NCBI GenBank assembly: GCA_001949185.1
Contig: BDGG01000003.1
Span: forward strand, 5,019,092-5,083,091
Direction of reading: 5' to 3'
DNA from: Ramazzottius varieornatus
Taxonomy: Eukaryota > Animalia > Tardigrada
Length of the DNA stretch: 64,000 bases
Shown: positions 1 to 11,431 of the stretch, in pieces
Layout of the letters: the number at the start of each line of letters is the position of its first letter
Position numbering within the stretch: the first letter of the stretch is position 1
The notes under the pieces: model-generated
Databases searched by the model: none
What the model saw: the letters and a program-made list of their open reading frames with translations, nothing else
What the model was told of the DNA's origin: nothing
Program-made: the position numbers and the translations under genes

Positions 1-498
1 TTTTCGTTTGTCACTGCATTCGTTTGCCTGGCTACGACCTCGATCAGTTCTTCGACAACATCAGCTGTGATGCCATCGAGGAGGAACATCAAAAGTCAAA
101 ACAAGCAACGTGAACAGTAAGCCACCTTTTCCATTTGCAGTATTTTCCAGCATTCTGCCAAAAGTTTCTAGCTTGATGCGAAGTTGTTTGAGACGTAGGC
201 AAGTGATTTCACTCAGACTGTTATCTCAAGTGGCGCATATATTCACTGTCACTATCTACGAGCGTGCGCCACTTGTAAACGGTCCGGGCGAAGTCATTTC
301 CGTCTTGTCTTTCTCCGGAATATGAATGGGAATGTTTTCTGATGTTTGGTTCTTCTTTTACAGAATGAACCGTATGGGGATTAACAACCAGTGGCAGGAT
401 CTTGGGCAAAACGAGCGTCAGCACAACGCAGAACCGTTCGGCATGAACCGTGGAGGCCGTGGTAAACGTGGTATGGGTCGCCAGCAGCAGAATCAAGG
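1..498 (+). CDS. Partial gene for a small secreted or propeptide-like protein (exons <1-116 and 364-~498)
   Basis: Hydrophobic FSFVTAFVCLATT, GTAAG donor at 117, TTTTACAG acceptor at 363. Splicing joins the frames (EQ|MNRMGINNQWQDLGQ...RGGRGKRGMG). The 3' end is uncertain. Confidence 0.5.
191..304. repeat. Intronic palindromic element, 1 unit (core 227-275)
   Basis: caagtggcgcat-N25-gtgcgccacttg with complementary outer arms, inside intron 117-363. Confidence 0.85.
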
Positions 499-870
499 TG
501 TGCATCTCGTACTAGAAGTTCCCCATTCTACAGCCCGTTCAAGCAAACTCGTCACCACCCTTTCAAAAAATTGGTTCTCTTCCAATAACGATTTCTGAGA
601 GCTGTTCCTAATTTTGCCTGATAGTCCCAACTTTCTCCTTTCAGAAAAGTAGTAGATATTCCCAATCGAGCTACCGTAGTCAAATTACTGATCATAAAAG
701 CTCAAGGCTCGACCGGAGCAGTCGTTTAGAGGCCCTTGTTTTCCCGTTGTTTTTTCCAACGGTCGCAAAACAGACTTTTACTTCGAAAAATTTTGTTTGA
801 GACAACCAAAAGATGATGTGCGGGGTACCGAAGTCACTCGAGAAGGTATCGTGGAACTGTAGCAGTTTTG

Positions 871-993
871 GGAGCTGGGCAAACAAGGCGTATACGATCA
901 TCATCTCGACTGACGCACTATTTCAGCCAGTAACAATAATATAGTGCGCCACTTGCAGGTAACAATCTTGTACCTTTGTTTACCCAGCCTTCC
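871..993. repeat. Palindromic element, 1 unit (core 907-955); host gene unclear
   Basis: cgactgacgcac-N25-gtgcgccacttg, outer arms gctgggcaaacaagg / cctttgtttacccagc. Confidence 0.8.
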
Positions 994-1636
994 TTTTCTT
1001 GCTTGTGTGCGAGTGAGTGTGAGTGGTGGTGGCTCCTGTTGTGGTAGCGTGTAACGTGAAGCTTCATAGTCACTGTTTTGTTTCTCTTGTTTGGTAACGT
1101 AACCATCGCTCGTGCTCTGCTTCTCTTCTCAACAGTTACGGTCGTGATAACGGTAGCCGTGCCAATGGTGGCAGCAGTGATGATCCGGATGGCGGCTGGA
1201 TCCAAGTAAATCATCCAACAGCAGGCCAAGCAGATCACTCTGTATCTGCAGGCGGATGGTAAGACAGTTCCTATTTTATGCCAACTGTTTATCCTCTCAA
1301 CTTGTTCTTTCGGATAATAATAGTTTGCTGCTGCACGAATATTTGATATATGCCTAATGATTTACACAACAACGGTGATTTAGTTTCTAGACATATTCGC
1401 TCGTCTTCGTAAGATCAAAGTTAGCTGAGGGAAATAAGTTCAGGCAGAGACTTACAGTAACTTGCAAGTCACCGGAAATGCAATGAAATCAGAAAGTTTG
1501 CAGAGCTCTTGGGGAAATATACTCTGTGAAGTCTTGTGACTTGATGTCGCCCCCGTTTCTCGCAGTCTACAGGTATCGTGAAACCAGAGCTAAACTAAGA
1601 TCCATATTGAGCAATATCGAAGGACTAGGTGTCGTC

Positions 1637-1990
1637 TCACCGGCCTCGCCTGCACGGTAATCTAGCCATGTGTTTGTGCTGCAACTGGTACTCGTACTAG
1701 TGCTGCCGGAAACGTTCAAGCTGGGCCACGCTATAGGACCGCAGCTTGCCGAGATTCTTGGCGTAGTTGTCTTGAAGATACTCCATCTGGCTGGAACCGT
1801 AGTCGCGGACTTTGGTTACTTGTTTCCAGTATTGGTCACGCGCACTGCCGAAAGGACGACGGTAGTTGCGGAAACGGTTGGTCTTCGTGTTGTAATGGTC
1901 ACGGAGACCTTCCATCTAAGCTGCGCAGGTGGCGCTCCCACTGACGTTGTCGAAGGTAGCAGATTGATCTGGTCGTCCAAGAATCGGACA
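1637..1990 (-). pseudogene. Fragment resembling the cytoplasmic tail of IGLR-2/CG16974-like LRR-Ig membrane proteins
   Basis: DQYWKQVTKVRDYGSSQMEYLQDNYAKNLGKLRSYSVAQLERFRQH*YEYQ, with in-frame stops on both sides. Family recognised from memory of the motif only. Confidence 0.4.
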
Positions 1991-2557
1991 TCTTCACTGG
2001 CATATACAGCCCGCCCAAGCCAACTTGCTACCACTAATTTCTCCAAGGCCAGCTCGAATCGATTAGTTTTCCACTTCGAAATCAATTTTCCCCGGTTTAG
2101 CATTCTCTTTGCCGCCTCCCGGAAAATTATTGGCAAAAAATCTGTTTACGGAAAGTCATGATCGACGTTAACCTCGGGGAGGTGCTGAGTGAAAAACGCA
2201 CCAACTTTTGTCATTTTTGGGTCCGTTTTCGAAAAATTGTTTCTCAGTTTTCCGTTAGCATCCCGCGGTAGGGTTACCGAAAACAATTAACACAAACATC
2301 GAACTGAAGGAAAAGTGGCTGGAACCGCAAATCAACCGTTCTGGAAAACAGTCAAATAAAATTTTTTCGAAAACGAGTTTTCCCAGTAGAACAGTCCTAT
2401 TCGACGGTTTTAAATCGTTTGTCAAATTCGCTTGGACCTTTTCTAGTCTTTTTCGATTCTTTTCGGCTATTAAAATAGTTATATGTTTATTTACATCAAT
2501 GTCAGGATAAGAACTCAAGCATGGAATTTTGCAGACTGCGTTTTACCCCCTCGCGGT

Positions 2558-3995
2558 ATGTCTTCCCCACCGGAAGTCATAGTAGTCAAGTTTTTCAATC
2601 AGCTTGACACCATAACTGAACGAATCATAGCTCAGTCGAAGCAGCTTGAAAAGTTGTATGGAGAAACGGGAAGCACGAGCAAATGCCAGGAAAGCGTCAA
2701 ACTCGTTCGTTGACGAACTGCTGGTCAGAAAGTCTAATGCATGGCGGCCTACTTTTCGCATAGGTTCGTATTACTCTACGGACAGTGGAGAAGTGTCCAA
2801 GACGTCATCACCCGGTGGCCGAAGTGGGCGCACCCCGGAAAGCCGCACGATGCGTCGTCGTCGGTCTTCGCTGATGCCGACCATCTCCATTAACGTTACC
2901 GGAGCCGACGATGACGACGAAACGATGAACATTGACGCCATCCAGCTGACCTTGTCGCCCTCGGAGAACTCGATGGCCGACCCCAAGTACTGGGACAACC
3001 CGGTGCCCGATCAAACTCTCCGTCTCAAGCCGCCGCAACGCGATCGCCTCTACAACCGCCGCAGGTCTGCAACCGCCTCTACAATAATATTAAATAACAT
3101 AATAATTGAATAATATTAATAAATAATAATATTCGCCTCTTCAACCGCCGCAGGTCTTCGGCGTTATCCAATCTGTCCAACGAGCCGGGGCTCTCACGTT
3201 CCACCTACAGCCTTTGCGAGAAAGGCCTGTATGAGGTCTCCAAAGAGAAGATTCTCATTGACCGCAGACTGTCGCTGGCTCCTCAACTGGCCATTGCCCA
3301 AATCTCCCAAATGGAGAAGCCAAAGAAGAGCCGTAGCGCCAATCGATTGGAATCCAAGCTCATTGCTGATATGGGCGAACTGAAAATATCTGTACAGTAC
3401 ATACCGGAGAAATCAGGCCTTAAGGTCACGGTCATCAAGGGAGAGAATATCGGTGGACGCTACAAAACAGATGCTCTGGTCAACCCCATCGTATCCGCCA
3501 TGCTTTTACCCGGTAAACTACAGAAGCAAACGGGCAAACTAATCAAGGTATTCAGTTCACCAAACAGGAAATTTTCAACCTATATTTTTAATCAAGAATA
3601 TTACTTCACGGTGCAATGACAGTTCAACCATCAACCGAAACCGGAAGCGACAACTGGGACGTGGGCAAACGAACTGAACCAGATGGTTGCCTCAAGTGGC
3701 GCACGTCTTTGGTGATGTTAGCTGGGACAGTGCGCTACTTAGAAAAGTTCTCTGGTTCAAATCGTTTCTTGTCCATGTCTCAATTTTGAACAATTGCCGT
3801 GTTTCCTTCATCGTATTGTTTTCTGAAGGTTACGAAGAACCCGGTATTCAACGACGAGTTCTTCTTCGCTGACATGGATTGGGAGTTGCTGGAAACACAT
3901 ATGCTACGCATCTCCGTGCAGAATCAACAACGCTTCAACAACGACGACCTTGGTGAACTTCTGCTGCCAGTACTGCGCCTCGACCCGGAATCTAT
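2558..3995 (+). pseudogene. C2-domain (synaptotagmin-type) protein gene, probably damaged
   Basis: C2 motifs GELKISVQY...LKVTVIKGENI...NPIVSAMLLPGK and KNPVFNDEFFF...LRISV...DDLGELLL, with intron 3548-3828. There is an apparent frameshift near 2657, an 89-bp insert at 3065-3153, and an abrupt end near 3995. Confidence 0.65.
3657..3780. repeat. Intronic palindromic element, 1 unit (core 3693-3741)
   Basis: caagtggcgcac-N25-gtgcgctactta in the C2-gene intron. Confidence 0.85.
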
Positions 3996-4918
3996 GAGCA
4001 TGCTCAGTTCTACTGGTCCTGTCGGCTTTCCCTGTATATTTGGCCACTTTCGCGTGCCATACTCCGCTTTGGTTCACGTTCAAAGCATACCTCCCTATGA
4101 AATGGTGCACCAAAAGTTTTTCGGTTTAGTGTAATGTGGTGTCCTCGGACACCGAAACCGAAAATTCGGTATGGAACGGACACCATTTTTTTTCGATTTA
4201 ATGTTCTGCGCACACCGAAGCCAAAAAGTGTAATTTATTTCGGTGTGGTGTAGTAAAACCACACCAGAGAGACTAGAGGGGGTAGAGGAAAGCGTACTTA
4301 CGTCACGCCAGTCTTCCAATGTTAGAGTCATTGCCGGACTAGCGACTATTAAAGGTCGAGGTCAAAGGGATGACCTTGGATGACCTTTAGCTGCTTGGAC
4401 AAACCGACAGTTCGGCCTTACCTGACAGATCGAGTCGTTGCCCATTAACCATGTATGCAGGTACATGAAGCGCCTGCGTTTGTGGCGTAGGTCCGGCAAG
4501 CACCTAAATACGGCTCGCTTGGGAGCTGCTACCGTAAGTAAGTATCGAACCACTTGGGCAAACGAACATGGCTCACGGTGAGCAAGGCACGTGAAACATA
4601 GAGCACTTCTGAATAAATTCACCAGGTTATTGCGTAAGCAGCTTGACATCCCGTGCTCGACGAAGCTTCTTAGATTTCTTCCACCTGCTGCTTTCTCCTT
4701 GCCACCTGTGAACGCTCGCATTACTGGTGGAAGTTAGCCTTGCAGTGTGCTGTTGAGTCTGCACGGTTCTATATCACCGTGCTTGGACGCTGTATAACCT
4801 AGGAAGCTTATCAATTCAACAGTCGAGTAACCGTAATGTAACCGACTCTGCCGGGGCGTGGTCTCTGTGCGTATCGGACCAATGGTGTTGTTCGCCGTAG
4901 TGGTAAGTGCCTCCACCG

Positions 4919-5344
4919 TAGAGCCCTGCAACATGCAGTACGTTCTGCACTGCACTCCACTGCATTTTACTGCAATGCAGTGCAGTTGCAGTCGCTGAAA
5001 TGGTGAGAAAATGCAGCTGCGGTGCAGTTGCAGTTTGGAAAAAGTGAGCACCGTTCGTCGCAGTATACTGTTGTTGGCAAAAAAACAGTAGTAAAATCGG
5101 CTTTTTTTGCATTTTCTGGCCGGATTCTACCGTTTTTCGGTTGGATCTCCGTAAAATAACGACTTTTACGTTGTGTTTGACATGCATTTCCGTTGGTAGG
5201 CAGAAACTCTTAATTTTCAAATGCAGTGTAGTGCAGTTAGTTTGGAAAGCAGCAGAAAAATGCAGGTGAAGTGCAGTTGCCGTTTCCGGAAACCGGATGC
5301 AGTGCAGAAGCAGCACTGGTTCCAGCTACTGCTGCAGGGCTCTA
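4919..5344. mobile_element. Non-autonomous hAT-like element (MITE)
   Basis: TIR tagagccctgca / tgcagggctcta, 8-bp TSD ctccaccg / ctctaccg (7 of 8 match), subterminal TGCAG repeats. Confidence 0.85.
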
Positions 5345-5776
5345 CTCTACCGCTTCCATGTTTTGCGCCTCTACGGTATATACAGCGGTTCCTCTACCTC
5401 GCGTCCTCGTCCAATCTCTCTGACCACACCATTGCCAGGTCTATTAGGCTGAGTAAATCACCCGTCCATCGCCGCTTAGTGCTTATCAGCAGAATGAGCA
5501 GATCAGCTGTGTTTTTGCTTTTTGATATGTGCCTTTCCAATGCCACTGGCCCACTGGCCGTTCTCTTGAAGCTGAAAGATGAGTCGTTTACTGTCACCGG
5601 AAACAAGAGATTTTCCTGTGTCGCAAGCTGCTGATTCTTTAGAAGAATGCCCTCGTAGGCAAGTGATCACACTGTTACCCAAACTGTGGAAGCTGTTCTG
5701 CAACCGTAGATCGTGCGTGAATGGAGGCGAATAAGTTGACTACTATGGATTTTCTGTTGCAGGTGGCTATGAGGAT

Positions 5777-5912
5777 GCTCACGAGGGGATTTTCCCAATC
5801 CGCCGCCTCTGATCCTGGATAGAGAAGAGTTTTCTCTATAGTCTGAACCGGAAACCTGGTCATCTTTCCGTTCCTGGAATAAACTGCAGGAACCGGAAGT
5901 TACGTCAGAATT
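5777..5912. repeat. Dispersed repeat, inverted copy of 23265-23418
   Basis: Near-identical ~130 bp in reverse complement apart from an 18-bp indel. Confidence 0.9.
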
Positions 5913-6080
5913 AGGACGGTACTGTACATTGACCGAGGCACAATCAATAAGTTCGATTGACTCATAGTTGATTGGCCAAAATTGATTGTTCCTTCCATCA
6001 TATGAGCTTGTCGCTGTCGCATGACGCATCTTTTGTTGATTCTCTCCTCCATAATCTTCCCACAACACTGCGATGTACTC

Positions 6081-8033
6081 CATCAATCCCTTGAACGTGC
6101 TAAAGCTCCTGGAAGAGGAATACAAACTCCGATATCAACCGGACGATGCGCCAAGTGAAGCGGACAAGCAGCTGAAAGACCTTATCAAAGGTGGGTATTT
6201 TTCCGAAGGTTCAGTGCAGAAGTAAGAGGTTTTGTTTCACCGGATTGTTGGAATATTCTAGATCTTAATGACATCAAAATTGCTCGAAGCGACAGTCCTG
6301 TGCTGGAGGTTGAAGAGGACTTGCAGCAGGAGGACCTACAGCTCGACGGGCTAACGTTCGACGACTTTGAAAAGACGGTGGGTGATGCTAACCTGTTGAA
6401 CGGTAGCGCTGAACGTTATTTCTTCGAAGATGATCGCTTGAACGAGCCCTTTACAAGTGACACTGAACCTTCGTCCCACGAAATATTTGTTCCGCGACTC
6501 CCAGATCCAAGAGTTCCGTCAAGCCAAGCTGTCAATCTCGACTACAAGATACGTGCTGTTGATTACTGGTGTAACGTTACAGCAAAGAAACGGCGGAGCT
6601 TGTCTTCAGTCCGAAACCATTTCACAAAAGTTCGGGACGAACGACAGCTAAGAGATTCGAACAAACAGCTAGCTGAAGGCGGATCCCGATTCGACAAATC
6701 ATCCGCTTGGAGACAGCAAAGCAGTACTTCATCGCCAAGCAGAAGAGACAAGTAGTCAAGGATTTGGATCTTCAACGATGGGCTATAACCGCGAATAATG
6801 ATGTGGATCTGCCTGGTTTCACCGCTTCGTCGTACTGGGTGTCAAAATTCAAACGGTAATTGATATCGTGCAAGAATTTACTTATCGATTTAACGAAGGC
6901 AAATCTTCTGTATTTGAACGTCGGCAAACGATTTCACCTGAATCGTCAGTTCAAGTAGCGCACGTTACCGTACTCAATAAGTGACAGCGGCGCCACTTGA
7001 AAAAAACGACCTTTTCCAATTTGCTGGCAGTGTTCCGATGACATGCTATTTTGGCAGGTACTACGGAATAGTTGATCGAAAGATAACGAAGTTCGTCACA
7101 AAGAAGTCCCTCGAAGCAGCTCCTCAAGTCAAGCAAAGTGCAGAAGAGTGTGTTTTGCTGGTCAGATCCAGAATAGCGCAGCACGGATTGGACTGTCTTT
7201 GGAACACGGATCAGTCGGGATTTGAATATGAGATGAGGCCCGGGAGAACTTTGGAGCAGAAAGGCGTGAAACACGTCGAGGCTATAACCAAGTCCGAAAA
7301 TTCCATGACTCATTCCTATACTGTCATGATGACAATCTCTCCCGGCACACGAAAGTTTCATCCTATTTTGTTCATCACCCTGAAAGAAGAAAAAGGAGTC
7401 TTTGGCCCAATCGTGTCGAAAACGATGTTCAAAGCTGATAACCTGTACATCACTGCGTCGACATCGGGAAAAATGACGAAGAAGCTCTACCTGGAATGTT
7501 CCGAAAAAGTGTTGTTTCCGCATATGGAAGACCGCTGTATCCTTCTGGCTGACTCCTGGAAGACGTTCGCCGATCAGGACGCTGTTATCGAACTCAAGCC
7601 CGAAGAGCTGCAGTACGAGATGATCACCATACCTCCCAAAGTGACTGGTAGTATCCAGCCGTTGGATGTTCTTTGCTTCCGGATGTACAAGGGATGTTTC
7701 AAAAAGATCTCAAATTTCGTGTTTGTTAATGATATTCCTGTACATGTCTATCATAGGGACGTAATCCTAAAACTTCATTCCTTACTGTATCAGCAGTTTC
7801 AGTCACCCAGATTCGAGAACCTAATTGTACGTGCCTGATTCAAGTCGGGATATACGGATGAACGGGTACAGTATGTGAACCCCGCAAGCTTCATGTTCAA
7901 GAAGCTGAATGGCCGCTGCATTCATAATAACTGTAAGAATACTGTCCTTCTGGTCTGTGGCTGGTGCAAAGGTCGCCTCTGTTTTCACCATTTCTATGAT
8001 GTTTATCATTTCTGTACCATCTACCTGCCTTAA
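6081..8033 (+). mobile_element. Tc5/pogo-like DDE transposase gene with introns, inactivated
   Basis: CENP-B-like HTH FTASSYWVSKFKR|YYGIVDRKITKFV, DDE_1 motifs WNTDQSG, LLADSW and IQPLDV, and a Cys-rich C-terminus CIHNNC...CGWCKGRLCFHHFY. Introns at ~6191-6260 and 6856-7037. Frameshift near 6700-6750 and TGA at 7836. Confidence 0.85.
6918..7030. repeat. Palindromic element inside the transposase intron (core 6952-6999)
   Basis: caagtagcgcac-N24-cggcgccacttg with outer arms cgtcggcaaacg / ttttgctggca. Confidence 0.8.
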
Positions 8034-8055
8034 TGTTTTTTTTAATTTTCCACTA

Positions 8056-8685
8056 GATATCTTCTCTAACTTTGTCACCACCCAAGACCGCAAAAACCCC
8101 AACATACTGATGGCCTATTCGTACCTCAAAGCCTTCCGCTTCCCCGACGACATGCAAGTTCAAATCCGCTGTGTCGTCGCCGTCTGCCGCGACGAATGCC
8201 GCAAGACCATCTGCAGCGGAGCGGACACCCTCTCTGGTCGCAACGCCAGCAAAACCTCCTCTTCTGACGAAGACGAACAAGTATTGACCACCACAGTGGC
8301 AAGCGCCACAACAAGGTCAGCCAACGCCTCCCACGGAATCTTCGGCCAGACTGTCAAGCAACGTGGAGCTTTCGAGCAGCCTTCGGACAAGAGCCAATTC
8401 CGCCGGAGACGTCAACTGGATAACGCAGCAGCGGGAACCTTGCCACTGCGACATGTCTTCAACGTCATCTCGCCGGAAGACATTCAGAACCTGAGGAACT
8501 CCTCGGTGGTCTTTGTCGACTCGACCATCCCGGCCAACAGCGTCTGTGTCAACCAGGCCATGCTAACCTTGTTACTGTGTTTCCTAATGGCTGTGGTACT
8601 GGCAGTCTCTGTCGCGCTGACACTCATGTGTTTGAGGAACAAGGCACTGCGAAGATCAAAACTAATTGAAATGTATCCTCAGTAA
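8056..8685 (+). CDS. Terminal exon of a ZP-domain (cuticlin/dusky-like) membrane protein; upstream exons not found
   Basis: AYSYLKAFRFPDDMQVQIRCVVAVCRDEC (end of ZP-C), furin-type site RRRR, C-terminal TM helix, acceptor ttccactag at 8055. Confidence 0.75.
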   Translation, partial: DIFSNFVTTQDRKNPNILMAYSYLKAFRFPDDMQVQIRCVVAVCRDECRKTICSGADTLSGRNASKTSSSDEDEQVLTTTVASATTRSANASHGIFGQTVKQRGAFEQPSDKSQFRRRRQLDNAAAGTLPLRHVFNVISPEDIQNLRNSSVVFVDSTIPANSVCVNQAMLTLLLCFLMAVVLAVSVALTLMCLRNKALRRSKLIEMYPQ

Positions 8686-8871
8686 ACCGAAATCGACGAT
8701 AATTCGTATTGCGCATCGCCTTTCATCTTCCTTTCTGTGTTCCCAATTAATGCAGAAACCTCTTTTCATACGCATCACATCGATATGAATTTTTGGTCGA
8801 CAAGTGAATTAAGACAACTGACAAGTGAATTAAGGCAATATCGCCGCCTCTGACCCACAAACTAGGATCAT

Positions 8872-9267
8872 NNNNNNNNNNNNNNNNNNNNNNNNNNNNN
8901 NNNNNNNNNNNNNNNNNNNNNNNNNNNNNNNNNNNNNNNNNNNNNNNNNNNNNNNNNNNNNNNNNNNNNNNNNNNNNNNNNNNNNNNNNNNNNNNNNNNN
9001 NNNNNNNNNNNNNNNNNNNNNNNNNNNNNNNNNNNNNNNNNNNNNNNNNNNNNNNNNNNNNNNNNNNNNNNNNNNNNNNNNNNNNNNNNNNNNNNNNNNN
9101 NNNNNNNNNNNNNNNNNNNNNNNNNNNNNNNNNNNNNNNNNNNNNNNNNNNNNNNNNNNNNNNNNNNNNNNNNNNNNNNNNNNNNNNNNNNNNNNNNNNN
9201 NNNNNNNNNNNNNNNNNNNNNNNNNNNNNNNNNNNNNNNNNNNNNNNNNNNNNNNNNNNNNNNNNNN
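8872..9267. other. Assembly gap (N run)
   Basis: Run of n. Confidence 0.99.
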
Positions 9268-9817
9268 AAAGGCGTCTCACTTCCGTCCCGTTGATGATGT
9301 AAACATCAAAGTCCAGCGTTAGTCCGCCATACTGGCGTAGAACCGAAAGCTTGGCCATGTCGGCCTCGTGATGGAGCCAACGTATTCGCCGACCCTGCAT
9401 AACAAACCTTCGGGGAAAATACTTGAGATGTATACCGGTCCAGTTGGTCACCAGTTCACTACAGGAATCCAGAGGCCAGTAGTCTATCACATTTGTGTGG
9501 ATCATAACCTGGTCGGGTTTCAAGTTCTTCAGGACGGATCTCAGGCTGAGGCAGTCCAGATAGGACAAGTCATCATCTTTTGTTGGGCTCTGCGTGCGAT
9601 AAAGTTTGAAATAATGAACCAGCAACTGAGTATCACCGGTCGCAGCGGCTGTATCAAAGGTACTGTTGCTCGATGAGACCATCGGTTTCTCACTAGGTAT
9701 CGTTCTGTTGTACAGTTGAGGTACAAAACGCGGAATAATTGAAAAATGGATGAAAGATATGGGCACAGCAGCATAGAAAAATATCACTAACAGTACACGA
9801 AACGCAAGTACCCACAT
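9268..9817 (-). CDS. GT32 / alpha-1,4-glycosyltransferase-like protein (DXD sugar-binding region), truncated by the gap
   Basis: Type II anchor MWVLAFRVLLVIFFYAAVPISF, LDCLSLRSVLKNLKPDQVMIH, HEADMAKLSVLRQYGGLTLDFDVY. Confidence 0.8.
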
Positions 9818-10571
9818 TCTCGTGCTCGGCTGAACCAACTGTCCAAGAAACGTGAGAACTGACGTCTTTGGGCTGATATGCACCACCAGAAACGTGAGGA
9901 CCGACGTCTTCGTGCTGATATGCACTAACAGTGCAGGAAACGCAAGTACCCACGTTCTTGTGCTCGGCTGAACCAACTGTTCGCGAAACGTGAGTACTGA
10001 CGATTTTGTGCTGATATGCACCACCAGAAACGTGAGGACCGACGTCTTCGTGCTGATATGCACTAACAGTGCAGGAAACGCAAGTACCCACGTTCTTGTG
10101 CTCGGCTGAACCAACTGTTCGCGAAACGTGAGTACTGACGCTTTTGTGCTGATATGCACCACCAGAAACGTGAGGACCGACGTCTTCGTGCTGATATGCA
10201 CTAACAGTGCAGGAAACGCAAGTACCCACGTTCTTGTGCTCGGCTGAACCAACTGTTCGCGAAACGTGAGTACTGACGATTTTGTGCTGATATGCACCAC
10301 CAGAAACGTGAGGACCGACGTCTTCGTGCTGATATGCACTAACAGTGCAGGAAACGCAAGTACCCACGTTCTTGTGCTCGGCTGAACCAACTGTTCGCGA
10401 AACGTGAGTACTGACGATTTTGTGCTGATATGCACCACCAGAAACGTGAGGACCGACGTCTTCGTGCTGATATGCACTAACAGTGCAGGAAACGCAAGTA
10501 CCCACGTTCTTGTGCTCGGCTGAACCAACTGTCCAAGAAACGCGAGAACTGACGTCTTTGGGCTGATATGC
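9785..10571. repeat. Tandem array, 138-bp unit, ~5.7 copies (three internal subrepeats per unit)
   Basis: cactaacagt recurs at 9785, 9923, 10061, 10199, 10337 and 10475. Confidence 0.97.
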
Positions 10572-11210
10572 AGAAGTGTACCGACATAGCACCGAAGTGT
10601 CCTCGGACTGAACGGCTGAGAATCCTGGATAGCCATCCGGCTTTATCGACAGAACATTCAGATTCTACCTGTCGGTCATAGACGGTAGAACGGTAAAGAT
10701 TCAGTACGTAATGATAATATCGGTATGAATATGATCGGTGTCACAGCTATGCTGCGGGGTTCAACATTAATGTTATACGCTAATATCGACGTGACGTCTA
10801 CTAGTATCTACTAGTATCTACTCGGGTGATATCTACTGGAAGTCTTATACTAACTTTGGTGCTGTAAGCATACTGCAGCTACACTAGGTTGCACAATGGT
10901 AAGATAAGGGACATGTGGACATAACCAGAGAAAAGAGACTAACATTCGGATGCCGCACAGGCCGCGAGGCGCGACTCCAAAAGTTCAGTCGTTGTGTCGA
11001 ACCAGGAGGTTAACAACAGAGTTCATTTACCGTAAAGTTATTCAGCCGTATAGCACGGTAATATCGGAAGTGTGGAAACATGGTGTCATACCTGATTGGG
11101 GTAACGGCGGGAGAAGAGCGACTCGCCCACCGAGCTGCCGTTATCTCTTTGTACTACTTGTATTGCGAGAGCTCCGCCCAAAAGGCTGCCCTTCATTTGA
11201 GCACAGTTTC

Positions 11211-11431
11211 GCTCGAGCTTCCTCTGATGAGTTTGCAATTCAGAGTCCCCTTGGGTATTGCCACATAAACTGGCGTCCTCCCAGAATACTGTACATATGG
11301 TACTGCAGTTCTGCATGCAAAATTGCTTCTGTAACGGTCACGTGCTCGCCACAAGCTTTTCCGGGTTGTGTTACATATGGAGTATACTCAAGGGGACTCT
11401 GAATCGCAAACTCACCAGAGAAAGCTCGAGC
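11211..11431. mobile_element. MITE-like foldback with ~48-bp imperfect TIRs
   Basis: gctcgagcttcctctgatgagtttgcaattcagagtccccttgggtat pairs with atactcaaggggactctgaatcgcaaactcaccagagaaagctcgagc. Confidence 0.7.

Noticed and set aside
4242-4276. Hairpin plus CTAG as a Helitron 3' end
   Set aside because: It is followed by A rather than T and no 5' TC end was identified. It may be another repeat end, but support is insufficient.
8747-10636. 629-aa ORF as a single real protein
   Set aside because: It is inflated by the N gap and the stop-free tandem repeat. Only 9268-9817 has clear family motifs.
11222-11250. CTGATGAG as a hammerhead ribozyme core
   Set aside because: No stem II or GAAA follows, and the word is part of a MITE TIR.
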